Shown in pieces: positions 9,369 to 19,068 of a DNA stretch of 64,000 nt; the first letter of the stretch is position 1; each line of letters begins with the position of its first letter. A program made the position numbers and the translations under genes. The DNA comes from a virus (taxonomy: Duplodnaviria > Heunggongvirae > Uroviricota > Caudoviricetes): IMG/VR virus record IMGVR_UViG_3300045049_000270; one strand, written 5' to 3'. The notes below the pieces were generated by a model. The model was not told the origin of the DNA and did not search any database. It saw nothing but the letters and a program-made list of their open reading frames with translations.

Positions 9369-10334
9369 ATGCGTTCAATTTTGGAAAAAGCACTGATCGC
9401 GCTGCTCAACGAAGAGCGTGAAAAGGCAGAAGCGCTTTTCCACGATTTCATTCTTGAACGTTCTCGCCAGATTCATGAATCATTGCGTCAGGGCGAGGAC
9501 TTTGTTCTCGATGAAAGCTGGGAAGCTGGTCTTGCTATGGACGAAATGTTCACCGAATCAGATTTGATCGGCGAAGATGACGACACAGAAGACGAAGAAC
9601 AAGTCAACGAATTCGCTAACGATGGCGAAGAAGATGGCGAAGAAATTTCAGCAGATGCTGAAGCAGATGCAGACGACGAAGCAGCAGACGATGCCGCTGA
9701 AGATTCAGCAATCGATGCAGAAGATGACGTCGTAGGTGACGAAGAAGGTATCGAAGCACGCGTCGATGACCTCGAAGCAGAATTGACACGTCTGGCCGCA
9801 GAGTTCGATGAACTTGTAGCTGGTGAAGACGAAGTTATTGATGATGTTCGTGGTGATCTAGAAGGCGGTGAATTTGGTCCAGAAGGCGACGACGTTGTTG
9901 GTGGTGCCGAAGACGAATTCGCAGACGACACAGGTGTTGAAGAAGAAGGTTTTGACCCACTAGGTGAATCAGTTACATCAGAACTTGAAAAAGTTAAGGT
10001 GACCATGGCTGATGGCGTCGAACAAGGTGGTAAGTCATTCACACAAAACAAAAAGAGCCCAGCTCTGCAACCTAAGCTTGGCGACCGCGCACTCAAGGGT
10101 GAGCCAGTCGAAATCAAGGCTAAGGAACATGTTGGTTTCGAAAAAGAAACAGCCCCAGGTGTTGCTGATCAAAAGATCGTAAAGGCACGTAATACAAAGG
10201 CTAAGGCAGCAGATGGTCGTACTAAGGTTAGCAAAGAAGGTGACAAATCAGCTGAGCTGAATGATCCATTGCTGAGCAAGGAAAACGACAAGAGCTTGAT
10301 TGGTTCTACTAAGGTCCCAATGGGTAAGAACTAA
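9369..10334 (+). CDS. Acidic prohead core protein
   Basis: Very D/E-rich, between portal and protease; CTAAATA promoter at 9317 and GGAGA RBS before ATG 9369. Confidence 0.75.
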   Translation: MRSILEKALIALLNEEREKAEALFHDFILERSRQIHESLRQGEDFVLDESWEAGLAMDEMFTESDLIGEDDDTEDEEQVNEFANDGEEDGEEISADAEADADDEAADDAAEDSAIDAEDDVVGDEEGIEARVDDLEAELTRLAAEFDELVAGEDEVIDDVRGDLEGGEFGPEGDDVVGGAEDEFADDTGVEEEGFDPLGESVTSELEKVKVTMADGVEQGGKSFTQNKKSPALQPKLGDRALKGEPVEIKAKEHVGFEKETAPGVADQKIVKARNTKAKAADGRTKVSKEGDKSAELNDPLLSKENDKSLIGSTKVPMGKN

Positions 10335-10338
10335 GATC

Positions 10339-10971
10339 ATGGACAGATTTCTAACAGAACGTTTGACATACGATCAAGCAAATATCAAGGTTGAAGCGGT
10401 AGCACCTTTCGAAGGGGCACCAAAGAAACTTTACATGAACGGCATCTTTATTCAAGGTGGTGTTCGTAACTTGAACGAACGTGTGTATCCGGTCTCAGAA
10501 ATCCGCCGTGCTGTTGAAAGTGTAAACGAGATCCTTGTTAGAGGTGAAAGCGTTCTGGGTGAAGCAGATCACCCAGAAGAGCTGAATATTAACTTGGATC
10601 GAGTCAGCCACATGATTACCCAGATGTGGATGGATGGTCCAAACGGTATGGGCAAATTGCAAATTTTGCCAACACCTATGGGCAACATCGTAACAACTCT
10701 CCTTGAGAGTGGTGTGAAGTTGGGTGTTTCCAGTCGTGGTAGCGGTAACGTTAACGACGCTGGCGAAGTCTCCGACTTCCAAATCGTAACAGTTGACATC
10801 GTTGCACGTCCTAGCGCGCCAAACGCTTATCCAAGAGCGGTTTACGAAGCTAAGAATAGCAAGCGCGGTGCAATTATCGAAGATCTAGCTCATGCCGTAA
10901 TGCATGATGAAAAGGCTAAGAAGCACTTACAAAAAGAGCTTCTGGATTGGATCAAAAATTTGAAAGCCTAA
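10339..10971 (+). CDS. gp21: Prohead protease (T4 gp21-like)
   Basis: GIFIQ, NxRVYP, GEADHP, LGVSSRGSG, DIVAxPS motifs. Confidence 0.96.
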   Translation: MDRFLTERLTYDQANIKVEAVAPFEGAPKKLYMNGIFIQGGVRNLNERVYPVSEIRRAVESVNEILVRGESVLGEADHPEELNINLDRVSHMITQMWMDGPNGMGKLQILPTPMGNIVTTLLESGVKLGVSSRGSGNVNDAGEVSDFQIVTVDIVARPSAPNAYPRAVYEAKNSKRGAIIEDLAHAVMHDEKAKKHLQKELLDWIKNLKA

Positions 10972-10983
10972 TTGGAGTGGTCC

Positions 10984-12408
10984 ATGGATAACATTGTTAA
11001 AAAGTTGTTTGAAGCTGGATTGCTCAGTGAGGAAGACACAAAGTCATTGCAAGAAAGTTTTGACGCTCGTGTTCAAGAAGCTACGTCAGGTCTTCGCGAA
11101 TCTCTGGAAACACAGATCCGTGAAGAAATGGCACAACGTTTTGAACATGACAAGTCAACATTGGTAGAAGCAATGGATCGTATGCTCACTGATGTAGTTC
11201 AGAAAGTTGAGGAACAGCGCGCAAGCGAGATTGCTCAACTGCGTGAAGCTCGTGAACGTTACGATGCAGCCGTTAAGGAAGCTCGTGATACTTACAAGAC
11301 TCGCGTTCAGGAACACGCCCAAGTTTTGGAATCCTTCGTTATGAAGAAGCTCGGTTCAGAATTGGCCGAATTCAACGAAGATAAGAATGCAGTTGCCGAA
11401 ATGCGTATCAAGCTGGCTACACAAGTAGCAGAAGGCAAAGATATGTACAAAGCACGTCTGAAAGAGCATATGGCTCTGATGCGTGATTTCGTGTTGGAAA
11501 AGCTGGCTGGTGAATTGGCGCAAGTCAAAGAACAAGCTAAAGCTCTCGAAGCTGAACGCGCAGCTATTGTTGCCGAATCAGCAGAACACAAGGCTGCTCT
11601 CGAAGAAGCTTACACACAACGCATCAAGCAAATTGATGAGTTTACTGTTCGTCAAGTTTCTAAAGAACTGCGTGAATTCCAAGAAGACAAGCGTGCCCTA
11701 GTGGAAAAGCGTGTTCAGCTAGTTGCTGAGTCACGTAAAAAGTTGGCTGAAACACAACGTGAGTTTGTGGCGACAGCAGCTAAGATGGTTGACAAACAAG
11801 TCACAGAAACATTGAAGGCTGAATTGACACAATTGCACGAAGAACTCGAAAAGAATCGTCAGAATGCGTTCGGACGTCGCATTTTCGAAGCAGTAGCAGC
11901 TGAGTTTATGACAAGCTATTTCGGCGAAAGCACTGAAGTTAAGAAGATGGAAGCCATTCTCGAGTCACAAAAGGCAGAAATGGAAGCCATGAAGCAACAA
12001 CTTCAAGAGTCTCAACGTATTGCTGATGCAGCATCACGTAAGGCTAAGCTGGCTGAAGAACAAGCTAAACGCACACAAATTATGGCCGAACTCACAGGTA
12101 ATTTGTCACGTGAGAAGAAAGCCGTTATGGAAGAACTCTTGGAAACTGTGAAAACAACACAGCTTCGTGAGTCTTTTAATAAATATCTTCCAGCAGTCCT
12201 CAGTGAGGGCAGCAAGAAGAAAGACGCTCCGCAGAGCCGCCAACGTACATTGACTGAGGCACCTGTTAAGGAGTTGAGCACTGTTGCTATTACCGGCGAT
12301 CAGCGCACTAATCGACTGCGTGAAACAGTCCAGGCTGAAGGAACAGAACAAACAGCCGTATCAGACGATACAGCCACAATTCTGCGACTAGCCGGTTTGA
12401 AAAAGTAA
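10984..12408 (+). CDS. gp22: Prohead scaffolding protein (T4 gp22-like)
   Basis: Long coiled coil between protease and MCP; GGAG RBS; ends ILRLAGLKK. Confidence 0.88.
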   Translation: MDNIVKKLFEAGLLSEEDTKSLQESFDARVQEATSGLRESLETQIREEMAQRFEHDKSTLVEAMDRMLTDVVQKVEEQRASEIAQLREARERYDAAVKEARDTYKTRVQEHAQVLESFVMKKLGSELAEFNEDKNAVAEMRIKLATQVAEGKDMYKARLKEHMALMRDFVLEKLAGELAQVKEQAKALEAERAAIVAESAEHKAALEEAYTQRIKQIDEFTVRQVSKELREFQEDKRALVEKRVQLVAESRKKLAETQREFVATAAKMVDKQVTETLKAELTQLHEELEKNRQNAFGRRIFEAVAAEFMTSYFGESTEVKKMEAILESQKAEMEAMKQQLQESQRIADAASRKAKLAEEQAKRTQIMAELTGNLSREKKAVMEELLETVKTTQLRESFNKYLPAVLSEGSKKKDAPQSRQRTLTEAPVKELSTVAITGDQRTNRLRETVQAEGTEQTAVSDDTATILRLAGLKK

Positions 12409-12427
12409 TTTTGGAGTAAATTTTACC

Positions 12428-13651
12428 ATGACTAAACTCTTTGAATCCCAGTGGTCAGTTACTAAGAAAGCTCTCTGCGAAGGTAAGGATCTGACACACA
12501 ACCAAGATGGCTCAGTTAACCCAACTAAGAAGGCCATCATGGAAACTGTTCTTGAGAACACATACCGTGAAATCAAGCAAACAGCAGCACTGATGGAAAA
12601 TGCAACAATCGGCGCCACAAACAGCGCAAACGTTGCAACACTGAACAAGGTTATCCTGCCAGTTATCCGTCGTGTGATGCCAACAGTTATCGCTAACGAA
12701 ATTATTGGTGTTCAGCCAATGACTGGTCCAGTTGCACAAATCCACACACTGCGCGTTCGCTATGCTGACACAGTGCAAGGTTATGTACAAGCTGGTAACG
12801 AAGCATTGTCACCATTTGATATTGCACGTGCATATTCAGGTGACACAAGCAACGTTCAAGCTCCTAAGGCTGCATCAACTACAACACTGGAAGGTGTTGC
12901 TGGTAAGCGTCTGAGCATCCAGATCGTTAAGGAAGTTGTTGAAGCTAAGACACGTAAGCTGTCAGCACGTTGGACATTCGAAGCTGCGCAAGATGCACAA
13001 GCACAGCAAGGTATTGACATCGAAGCTGAAATTATGGCTGCGTTGGCACAAGAAATCACAGCAGAAATTGACCAAGAAATCTTGACATCACTGCGTGCTC
13101 TCCCAGGTGCTCCAACAGCGATCTTCGATCAAGCACAAGTTTCAGGTACACCACACTTCGTCGGTGACGTCCACGCTGCTCTGGCTATCTTGATTAACCG
13201 TCAAGCTAACTTGATCGCTGCACGTACACGTCGCGGTGCAGGTAACTGGGTTGTTGTTTCACCAACAGCTTTGACAATCCTGCAATCAGCAACAACATCA
13301 GCTTTCGCACGTACAACAGAAGGCGCATTCGAAGCTCCAACAAACACAAAGTATGTTGGTATGCTGAACAACTCAATGCGTGTTTACGTTGACCAGTACG
13401 CACAAGACAGCACACCAGTGCTGGTTGGTTACAAGGGTCAAGGCGAAATCGATGCGGCAGCTTACTACTGCCCATACGTTCCACTGACATCAAGTGGTGT
13501 TGTTATCGATCCTAACACGTTCGAACCAGTTGTCAGCTTTATGACACGTTACGGCTTCTTGGAACTGACAAACTCAGCTTCAAGCTTGGGTAACGCGGCT
13601 GACTACCTCGGACTTGTAGGTATAAATACCGCTAACTTAAAGTTTTTGTAA
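12428..13651 (+). CDS. gp23: Major capsid protein (T4 gp23-like)
   Basis: GVQPMTGP, KTRKLSARWT, EITAEIDQEI, YCPYVPL, MTRYG motifs; strongly biased codons. Confidence 0.98.
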   Translation: MTKLFESQWSVTKKALCEGKDLTHNQDGSVNPTKKAIMETVLENTYREIKQTAALMENATIGATNSANVATLNKVILPVIRRVMPTVIANEIIGVQPMTGPVAQIHTLRVRYADTVQGYVQAGNEALSPFDIARAYSGDTSNVQAPKAASTTTLEGVAGKRLSIQIVKEVVEAKTRKLSARWTFEAAQDAQAQQGIDIEAEIMAALAQEITAEIDQEILTSLRALPGAPTAIFDQAQVSGTPHFVGDVHAALAILINRQANLIAARTRRGAGNWVVVSPTALTILQSATTSAFARTTEGAFEAPTNTKYVGMLNNSMRVYVDQYAQDSTPVLVGYKGQGEIDAAAYYCPYVPLTSSGVVIDPNTFEPVVSFMTRYGFLELTNSASSLGNAADYLGLVGINTANLKFL

Positions 13652-13658
13652 AATTTAC

Positions 13659-13676
13659 ACACTGCTTCGGCAGTGT
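13659..13676 (+). other. CUUCGG tetraloop hairpin downstream of the MCP gene
   Basis: ACACTGC-TTCG-GCAGTGT. Confidence 0.8.
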
Positions 13677-13703
13677 TGTAGAAAATACAACAAACAGTCA
13701 AAC

Positions 13704-13732
13704 AAAAACGGGGAACAATGTTCCCCGTTTTT
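13704..13732. terminator. Bidirectional terminator
   Basis: AAAAACGGGGAAC-aat-GTTCCCCGTTTTT. Confidence 0.85.
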
Positions 13733-14091
13733 TATTGGCTAATGAATAAGCCCTGTTGTGCCATCTGCCCTACAAAGTTACCTAAATTCTTTTCAACTTG
13801 AATTCTGACAATTTTGTATCCATTCTTTATAGCCTCTAGATTTTCTCTAGCATCCTTTGTTTCTTTCGATAATTTGATGCCTGCTCGTGCTTTATTTCGT
13901 TTACGCAATCGTTCTTTATGTACATCGTCTACTAGGATTGCACCAGGAAACAATGCTCTATATGAGTCAAAGGTATGACCATGAATCTTCAGATGAGTTG
14001 CTGTGATGATTCTAAAAGATTTAGAGCATATTTGGCATATCGGATATGTATCTGTTGTCATTATTAAACGTGAAATAAATATTTGGCACAT
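13732..14091 (-). pseudogene. Internally deleted homing endonuclease remnant
   Basis: CQIC...HLKIH zinc finger, truncated NUMOD3-like GIKLSKETK joined to a DUF559-like GYKIVRI tail, with no catalytic core. Confidence 0.55.
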
Positions 14092-14108
14092 TATACAGGA
14101 ATTTGGCT

Positions 14109-14531
14109 ATGCGCTTTCAAGAAATCACTGAACTCTTTGACAATAGAGCAAGTTGGCATTATACCAAAATCGATAAGAATCAAGTTGAAGCCACATTTAC
14201 TATTGGTGAAAACACGCATATAGTTGGCTTTGGTATTGTTGATGTGAGTGAAGAAGGTGATACTTGGGAAGTGGCTTTTGACACCAATCGTCAATTTGAT
14301 ATGACTGGCACTGGTAATGCTTATACGGTATTTGCAACTGTGGCCAATGTCATTCTGGACTTTGTCAAACGGGCGAAACCATATAGAATAGAATTCTCAG
14401 CAGAGAAAAATGAAGGATCAAGAGTGACAGTTTATAGGAAGATGGCTAAACAATTGGCATCAAAGATTGGTTATAATATTGAAGAAGAACAACGTTACAT
14501 AAGCGTATATTACGTATTGACTAGAAAATAA
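14109..14531 (+). CDS. Putative internal head protein
   Basis: ATAAATA at 14075; N-terminus MRFQEITE resembles a T4 capsid-targeting sequence. Confidence 0.7.
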   Translation: MRFQEITELFDNRASWHYTKIDKNQVEATFTIGENTHIVGFGIVDVSEEGDTWEVAFDTNRQFDMTGTGNAYTVFATVANVILDFVKRAKPYRIEFSAEKNEGSRVTVYRKMAKQLASKIGYNIEEEQRYISVYYVLTRK

Positions 14532-14557
14532 AAGAGGAGCGATTGCTCCTCTTTTAT
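14528..14557. terminator. Bidirectional terminator between convergent genes
   Basis: ATAAAAGAGGAGC-gatt-GCTCCTCTTTTAT. Confidence 0.85.
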
Positions 14558-14832
14558 TAATTATCACGTTGCAGAATATTGGCTATTAATACTGTATTGT
14601 TGCTGACATCGAGTATTTCATATTTGCCATTCGGCTCTCGAATTAAAAATTTGTTATTCAATAGTTTAATTGTTGAATGATTCAATGACAGTCGTTCATA
14701 AATCTTTCTGCCATCAGAAATCATATCAACATATGATTTGATGCATTCATGACGTTCTATGATTTCTCCATTTCTATCGAATGCAGTAACAGTCCATGCT
14801 TTGGTAGAATATATCCACTCACCAATTATCAT
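14557..14832 (-). CDS. Small paralogue, family A (divergent)
   Basis: Last gene of the coupled array; ends ILDVSNNTVLIANILQ. Confidence 0.7.
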   Translation of the reverse strand: MIIGEWIYSTKAWTVTAFDRNGEIIERHECIKSYVDMISDGRKIYERLSLNHSTIKLLNNKFLIREPNGKYEILDVSNNTVLIANILQRDN

Positions 14833-15095
14833 TAATTGTATTCCTCATCGTAGCCATACTGCAACATAATTTGCATCATGTCTCCATCAGTATCAAGCAG
14901 AAATTCGTCATCACCAATCAGTAATCGTACGGTTTTGTTATACGTTAGTTGTTTACGTTTATGCCAAGCAAATTCAAGAGCGGCTTTCAACGTTTTAATG
15001 TAAGTATTAACCATCACCTGACGTTCAAAATCTGGGGCACTCACTGTCCATTTATATGCAAGGTCGCCAGTACTTCTTATGATTATTTGCATCAT
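14832..15095 (-). CDS. Small paralogue, family A
   Basis: C-terminal LLDTDGDMMQIMLQY. Confidence 0.8.
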   Translation of the reverse strand: MMQIIIRSTGDLAYKWTVSAPDFERQVMVNTYIKTLKAALEFAWHKRKQLTYNKTVRLLIGDDEFLLDTDGDMMQIMLQYGYDEEYN

Positions 15096-15346
15096 TTAGA
15101 ATATCTTAATAGAAATGCTACCACGTCTGCATCATCTAATACGTCAAGGAACGTCTTCCCTTCACCAGTATACACACTAATCGTTGATGGATACTTCAAT
15201 GCTTGGTGATACTTCTTCACTTCATCTACTGCTTCTTTAGCTGACTTTACCTCAAAGATATCCCATTTACCAGATATACCACGCCGTAGATGAATGAATA
15301 TATCGTTACCAACTATTTGGATTGCAATCTCTCGATTTACAGTCAT
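15092..15346 (-). CDS. Small paralogue, family A
   Basis: C-terminal DVLDDADVVAFLLRYS. Confidence 0.8.
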   Translation of the reverse strand: MTVNREIAIQIVGNDIFIHLRRGISGKWDIFEVKSAKEAVDEVKKYHQALKYPSTISVYTGEGKTFLDVLDDADVVAFLLRYSK

Positions 15347-15624
15347 ATTGCTTTGAGCATAACGTACATAAGATCACCATCTGTTTCAATGGTGTAAACT
15401 GTTCTATCTTTGAAAATTACACGAATTGGTGCATCTTCAATTGCGATATTCTTCTCGTTCATATGATTCATAGCTGCATCATATGCTGTTCTAAAGTCAG
15501 CAAAACAATCAGCAATGCGATATACAGAAAAACCATCTAATAACAGAGTTTGACGCTTATATAGAAGCCAATGTGGCTTCTGATTTAACGCTTTATATTC
15601 AATAGAAACTTCTGAAGGTTTCAT
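15343..15624 (-). CDS. Small paralogue, family A
   Basis: C-terminal TIETDGDLMYVMLK. Confidence 0.8.
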   Translation of the reverse strand: MKPSEVSIEYKALNQKPHWLLYKRQTLLLDGFSVYRIADCFADFRTAYDAAMNHMNEKNIAIEDAPIRVIFKDRTVYTIETDGDLMYVMLKAI

Positions 15625-15938
15625 AGTGTATATCGCAAAATAAGTTGAACTATGTCAAATTCATCAAATAAGTTGATTTGAAGAGTTTCTTCTTCGTCTA
15701 TGTTCTTGATATTGATCAGGCAACCCATCATGAAGGGGTGAGTCTTGTATTTGAAACGAATCGTATCAATTACGTCTCTGATCGTATTCACACGAATTTC
15801 ATGACTATCGCAAATGTCATCAAATTCTGGGAAGATGATTGTCCAATTGTAATCTGGATCTACTTCTTCGCTATATCGCTCTACCGTGATTTTTTTACGA
15901 TTATGAGTATTATTTGGTACTACTATCATATTCTTCAA
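15621..15938 (-). CDS. Small paralogue, family A
   Basis: C-terminal NLFDEFDIVQLILRYT. Confidence 0.8.
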   Translation of the reverse strand: MKNMIVVPNNTHNRKKITVERYSEEVDPDYNWTIIFPEFDDICDSHEIRVNTIRDVIDTIRFKYKTHPFMMGCLINIKNIDEEETLQINLFDEFDIVQLILRYTL

Positions 15939-16197
15939 TTCTCAATAACAACGAAATCATATCGGTGTCATCTGCTATGATTTCAAATTCTGATGTATTA
16001 TCATTGAAATCATGACGCACAACAAATGGATAACCTTTCAACTGTTTGGTGACCATTATGGCTTCACGCTTTGATGCAAAACTTTGCAGTATTGTGTTAT
16101 ACCACAATACTGACAATTCTTCTAAATCGACATTAGCAGATAAAAACACAATTGATGTGCCCACACCCAACCAGACTACAGGAGTTTTGGTTATCAT
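15910..16197 (-). CDS. Small paralogue, family A
   Basis: C-terminal IIADDTDMISLLLR. Confidence 0.8.
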   Translation of the reverse strand: MITKTPVVWLGVGTSIVFLSANVDLEELSVLWYNTILQSFASKREAIMVTKQLKGYPFVVRHDFNDNTSEFEIIADDTDMISLLLRIEEYDSSTK

Positions 16198-16532
16198 TTC
16201 GAATCAGCAGTGAGAATGTGAACCATCGCGTCACTTTCAGTTTCTACTAATTCGAAAAACCCAGACATCCAAGATTTACCAAGCCCTTCTGGACGAACTT
16301 CCAAATATATTGGTAAATCTTTGAAAGCTTTAACCATCTGTTTGGCTCTGAATATCCGTTTAAAAGCGGTGCCAAGAGATTTATGAGTTTCACGCTCTGA
16401 ATCAAAACTACAAAGTCTCATACTGAGAGCTTTGCCATATGCACGCAATGGCAAACATACCTGCCATTCGTTATGACCACGAACAATGACAAGCATTGGA
16501 TCGTAATATTGGGTATAGTTGAATTCTACCAT
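16194..16532 (-). CDS. Small paralogue, family A
   Basis: C-terminal LVETESDAMVHIL. Confidence 0.8.
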   Translation of the reverse strand: MVEFNYTQYYDPMLVIVRGHNEWQVCLPLRAYGKALSMRLCSFDSERETHKSLGTAFKRIFRAKQMVKAFKDLPIYLEVRPEGLGKSWMSGFFELVETESDAMVHILTADSK

Positions 16533-16846
16533 TAACTGTATTTCAAAATTAATTCAATCAATTGAACATCACTACAATCGGTCAAATCCCCAGATTGATT
16601 ACCATCTTCGGTTACCAATATAATTGGAAATTGTTTGTAATTCTGATCATTTTTTGAATACTGTTCTTTTTGTTCTTTGGCAAATTTTATACTTTCAGCC
16701 AAACTTTTAGTGAAATTAGTGACAACAGATGAAGTGGTTACAACAATTTCACCATTCAAAATAATGTAACTTGGTTTTGCGTTAATCCAATTACCAATTC
16801 TATTTCTATAAATGGTAAACCAGGGCTTAATTTCATCATTCATCAT
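16532..16846 (-). CDS. Small paralogue, family A
   Basis: C-terminal DCSDVQLIELILKYS. Confidence 0.8.
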   Translation of the reverse strand: MMNDEIKPWFTIYRNRIGNWINAKPSYIILNGEIVVTTSSVVTNFTKSLAESIKFAKEQKEQYSKNDQNYKQFPIILVTEDGNQSGDLTDCSDVQLIELILKYS

Positions 16847-17124
16847 TGATAACTCAAAATAGCAACAAGATGATCATCGTCATTTGCAAGAATATGAGGT
16901 TCTTCACTTTGTGAAAATATTACAATTGGCAGCTTATGATAATAAGGTGTGAGATCCCTTATTATCTTCATAGCGTTGTATGCATCCATGAAATTGCTGT
17001 ATTCGAGCCCCGTATTAGGACCAAAAGCTGGTTTCCCTGTATGTGCTGTGGTCATTAACGGATATGTGAATTTCCAGCCAAATTCATATTGAATCAACGA
17101 TAAGTGAAAAACAGGTAATATCAT
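16843..17124 (-). CDS. Small paralogue, family A
   Basis: C-terminal ILANDDDHLVAILSY. Confidence 0.8.
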   Translation of the reverse strand: MILPVFHLSLIQYEFGWKFTYPLMTTAHTGKPAFGPNTGLEYSNFMDAYNAMKIIRDLTPYYHKLPIVIFSQSEEPHILANDDDHLVAILSYQ

Positions 17125-17417
17125 AAGTACGCCAAAATTGCTGCTACAACATCACTATCTGTTTCGATTTCCATCCATTGACCATTTTTCATGACAATGA
17201 TTGGAATATCAGTTAATTCTGCATTTTCTTCTTTTACTTTAAACGCGTCACTGATAGCATTTTTCAATGGTTGATATTGAGCTTGCTCATATATGTCATG
17301 ATCATCATAGAAGATGAGTAAGTCGTGTTCATAATACCAACTAGGGACTAGAACAGCAAAAGCATCAGCGGTTGTTGAGTAGAAAATCCCAATGTTGTAG
17401 AAATCTAGAGGTTTCAT
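17121..17417 (-). CDS. Small paralogue, family A
   Basis: C-terminal EIETDSDVVAAILAY. Confidence 0.8.
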   Translation of the reverse strand: MKPLDFYNIGIFYSTTADAFAVLVPSWYYEHDLLIFYDDHDIYEQAQYQPLKNAISDAFKVKEENAELTDIPIIVMKNGQWMEIETDSDVVAAILAYL

Positions 17418-17647
17418 TTTGAATACTTCAAAATTGCAAGTAATGCATCATTTTCACTTTCGACGACAAAAACACCGTCTTTTTCCATTAGGAGAATTTC
17501 CAGATAGTTCAAATAATCGTAATTTACCCGCAAATTCGCTGCCGTTTCTAGTGCCTGCGTGAAAGTCAGCCGTTCAATCCATGTATTATATGAAGGATAG
17601 ATCCTTTCAGGATCAGGATATCGGACAACCCAAGGTTTCTTTTTCAT
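17414..17647 (-). CDS. Small paralogue, family A
   Basis: C-terminal VVESENDALLAILKYS. Confidence 0.8.
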   Translation of the reverse strand: MKKKPWVVRYPDPERIYPSYNTWIERLTFTQALETAANLRVNYDYLNYLEILLMEKDGVFVVESENDALLAILKYSK

Positions 17648-17677
17648 CTTGGTGATATGTTATTGTTATCGCTTTTC

Positions 17678-17986
17678 TCATAATCCACTGTATTTCAAAA
17701 AGAACTCTAGAGCGGCGATCTCATCGTCAAGATAAACTCGGTCACTATTACAAACCATGATAATTGGTAGTTCACCGTACATCTCAGGTGCCAAAGTCTT
17801 CAACTTTTTAGCTATTCGTATCGCATCATTCAAATCAGTAGCACGATCTTTGCTGTACATAACATCACCAGATACTGACCAACGAAGAAACTCTTTGCCG
17901 TTAAGTGTTGGCCATTTGACAACCCATTTTGTATATTTGGCAATAATGGCGTCAGTCTCCAACATAATGTAAATCTTCTCAGACAT
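17678..17986 (-). CDS. Small paralogue, family A
   Basis: C-terminal YLDDEIAALEFFLKYS. Confidence 0.8.
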   Translation of the reverse strand: MSEKIYIMLETDAIIAKYTKWVVKWPTLNGKEFLRWSVSGDVMYSKDRATDLNDAIRIAKKLKTLAPEMYGELPIIMVCNSDRVYLDDEIAALEFFLKYSGL

Positions 17987-17990
17987 TACA

Positions 17991-18425
17991 TCATCCCATT
18001 AGCGATAGATCCCCTAGGATCGACGCCAAATCGTCTTTCGGACCAAATACATATCCGCACGTGTCCAGTGGAATCAAATGCGTTACAGAGCCGTCTCGTA
18101 GGGGATAGGTAGGATCATGACATACACCACACACATGGCCTGCTTGAACAGCGGCCAAGAGTTTCTGCTGAAGAAGCGTTCCATCGACACTCAAAGTAAT
18201 GGCGGTGCCAAACCCACGATCACCCTTCCAATGATCGAACAGAGCACGTTCAAAGTCTGAACGAGTGCCATGCTTCATGACATTCTCGAATAAGTTGGTA
18301 GCATGTGAACCCTGGGCAACTGCTTTGCCAGGGTTCATGCTGGCAAGATCTGTGCGCATCAGGATATAGAGGCATGGCTCAGATGAATATGAAACTGCGT
18401 TCTTTTGTTTTTCTTTTGACATCAT
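17991..18425 (-). CDS. pth2: Peptidyl-tRNA hydrolase, Pth2 family
   Basis: YILMRTDLxxMxPGKAVAQGSHA signature and C-terminal TCxxxFGP...LxL. Confidence 0.85.
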   Translation of the reverse strand: MMSKEKQKNAVSYSSEPCLYILMRTDLASMNPGKAVAQGSHATNLFENVMKHGTRSDFERALFDHWKGDRGFGTAITLSVDGTLLQQKLLAAVQAGHVCGVCHDPTYPLRDGSVTHLIPLDTCGYVFGPKDDLASILGDLSLMG

Positions 18426-18815
18426 TCACTCCAATGGTAGAGTGAATGGTAACACTAACTCAGTGACTTGTGTATGGTTTGGCAACCAGTTTATCTGAAA
18501 TGGCTTTCACTATGAGTTCATTTACTACTGTAACAACAGATCTAGCATCAAAGAGCCCGCCAGCATAGCTCATGTCTGGGCGAACACCGAATACATGATT
18601 CCAGCAGTAAGCAAGCCTAGCTTATTCGGTGTAAGCCTAATAGATCCATATGGTGTATATAGGGTTCGGTCTTCACTGCTCATAAGCTCACGCAGTAAGT
18701 CGACTGTAAAGATTGCATGCGATAGCAGCATATTAGGAACCTCTACATACAATACGTGTAAGAGTAACACACATGCAGATGAGTAGTGTTAAAACCGTGT
18801 TAAACGTATTAGGTA

Positions 18816-18843
18816 TTGACTAGAAGGCGGTATCGTATAGACT
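18816..18843 (+). promoter_or_regulatory. Sigma70-like early promoter
   Basis: TTGACT-16 nt-TAGACT. Confidence 0.55.
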
Positions 18844-18868
18844 GCATTTTTCATTAGGATTGGCAACG

Positions 18869-19048
18869 ATGAAAACCCTAGACGAATTTATCGGCACGAT
18901 ATTGACAGAGGATGAAATCGAACAACTACAAGAACAAGGCGTTCGCGTTAAACGCCCTGGATTCATGTACACCATGGAGTTCATCGGTAGTCGTGTAAAT
19001 GTTCATTTGGATAAACAAAATATGGTTCTTGGAATCAATCAGGGTTGA
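18869..19048 (+). CDS. Peptidase inhibitor I78 / potato inhibitor I-like protein
   Basis: VRVKRPGFMYTMEFIGSRVNVHLDxxNxVxxIxxG matches the family pattern RV..PG...TMD....R.NV.LD....V..V..G. Confidence 0.7.
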   Translation: MKTLDEFIGTILTEDEIEQLQEQGVRVKRPGFMYTMEFIGSRVNVHLDKQNMVLGINQG

Positions 19049-19068
19049 TCTTGGTAAGCTTGCCTTGA

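Noticed and set aside
9488-10117. Long Ser-rich antisense ORFs (also 6310..6963, 39314..39787 and similar)
   Set aside because: Shadow frames of acidic or codon-biased genes on the opposite strand
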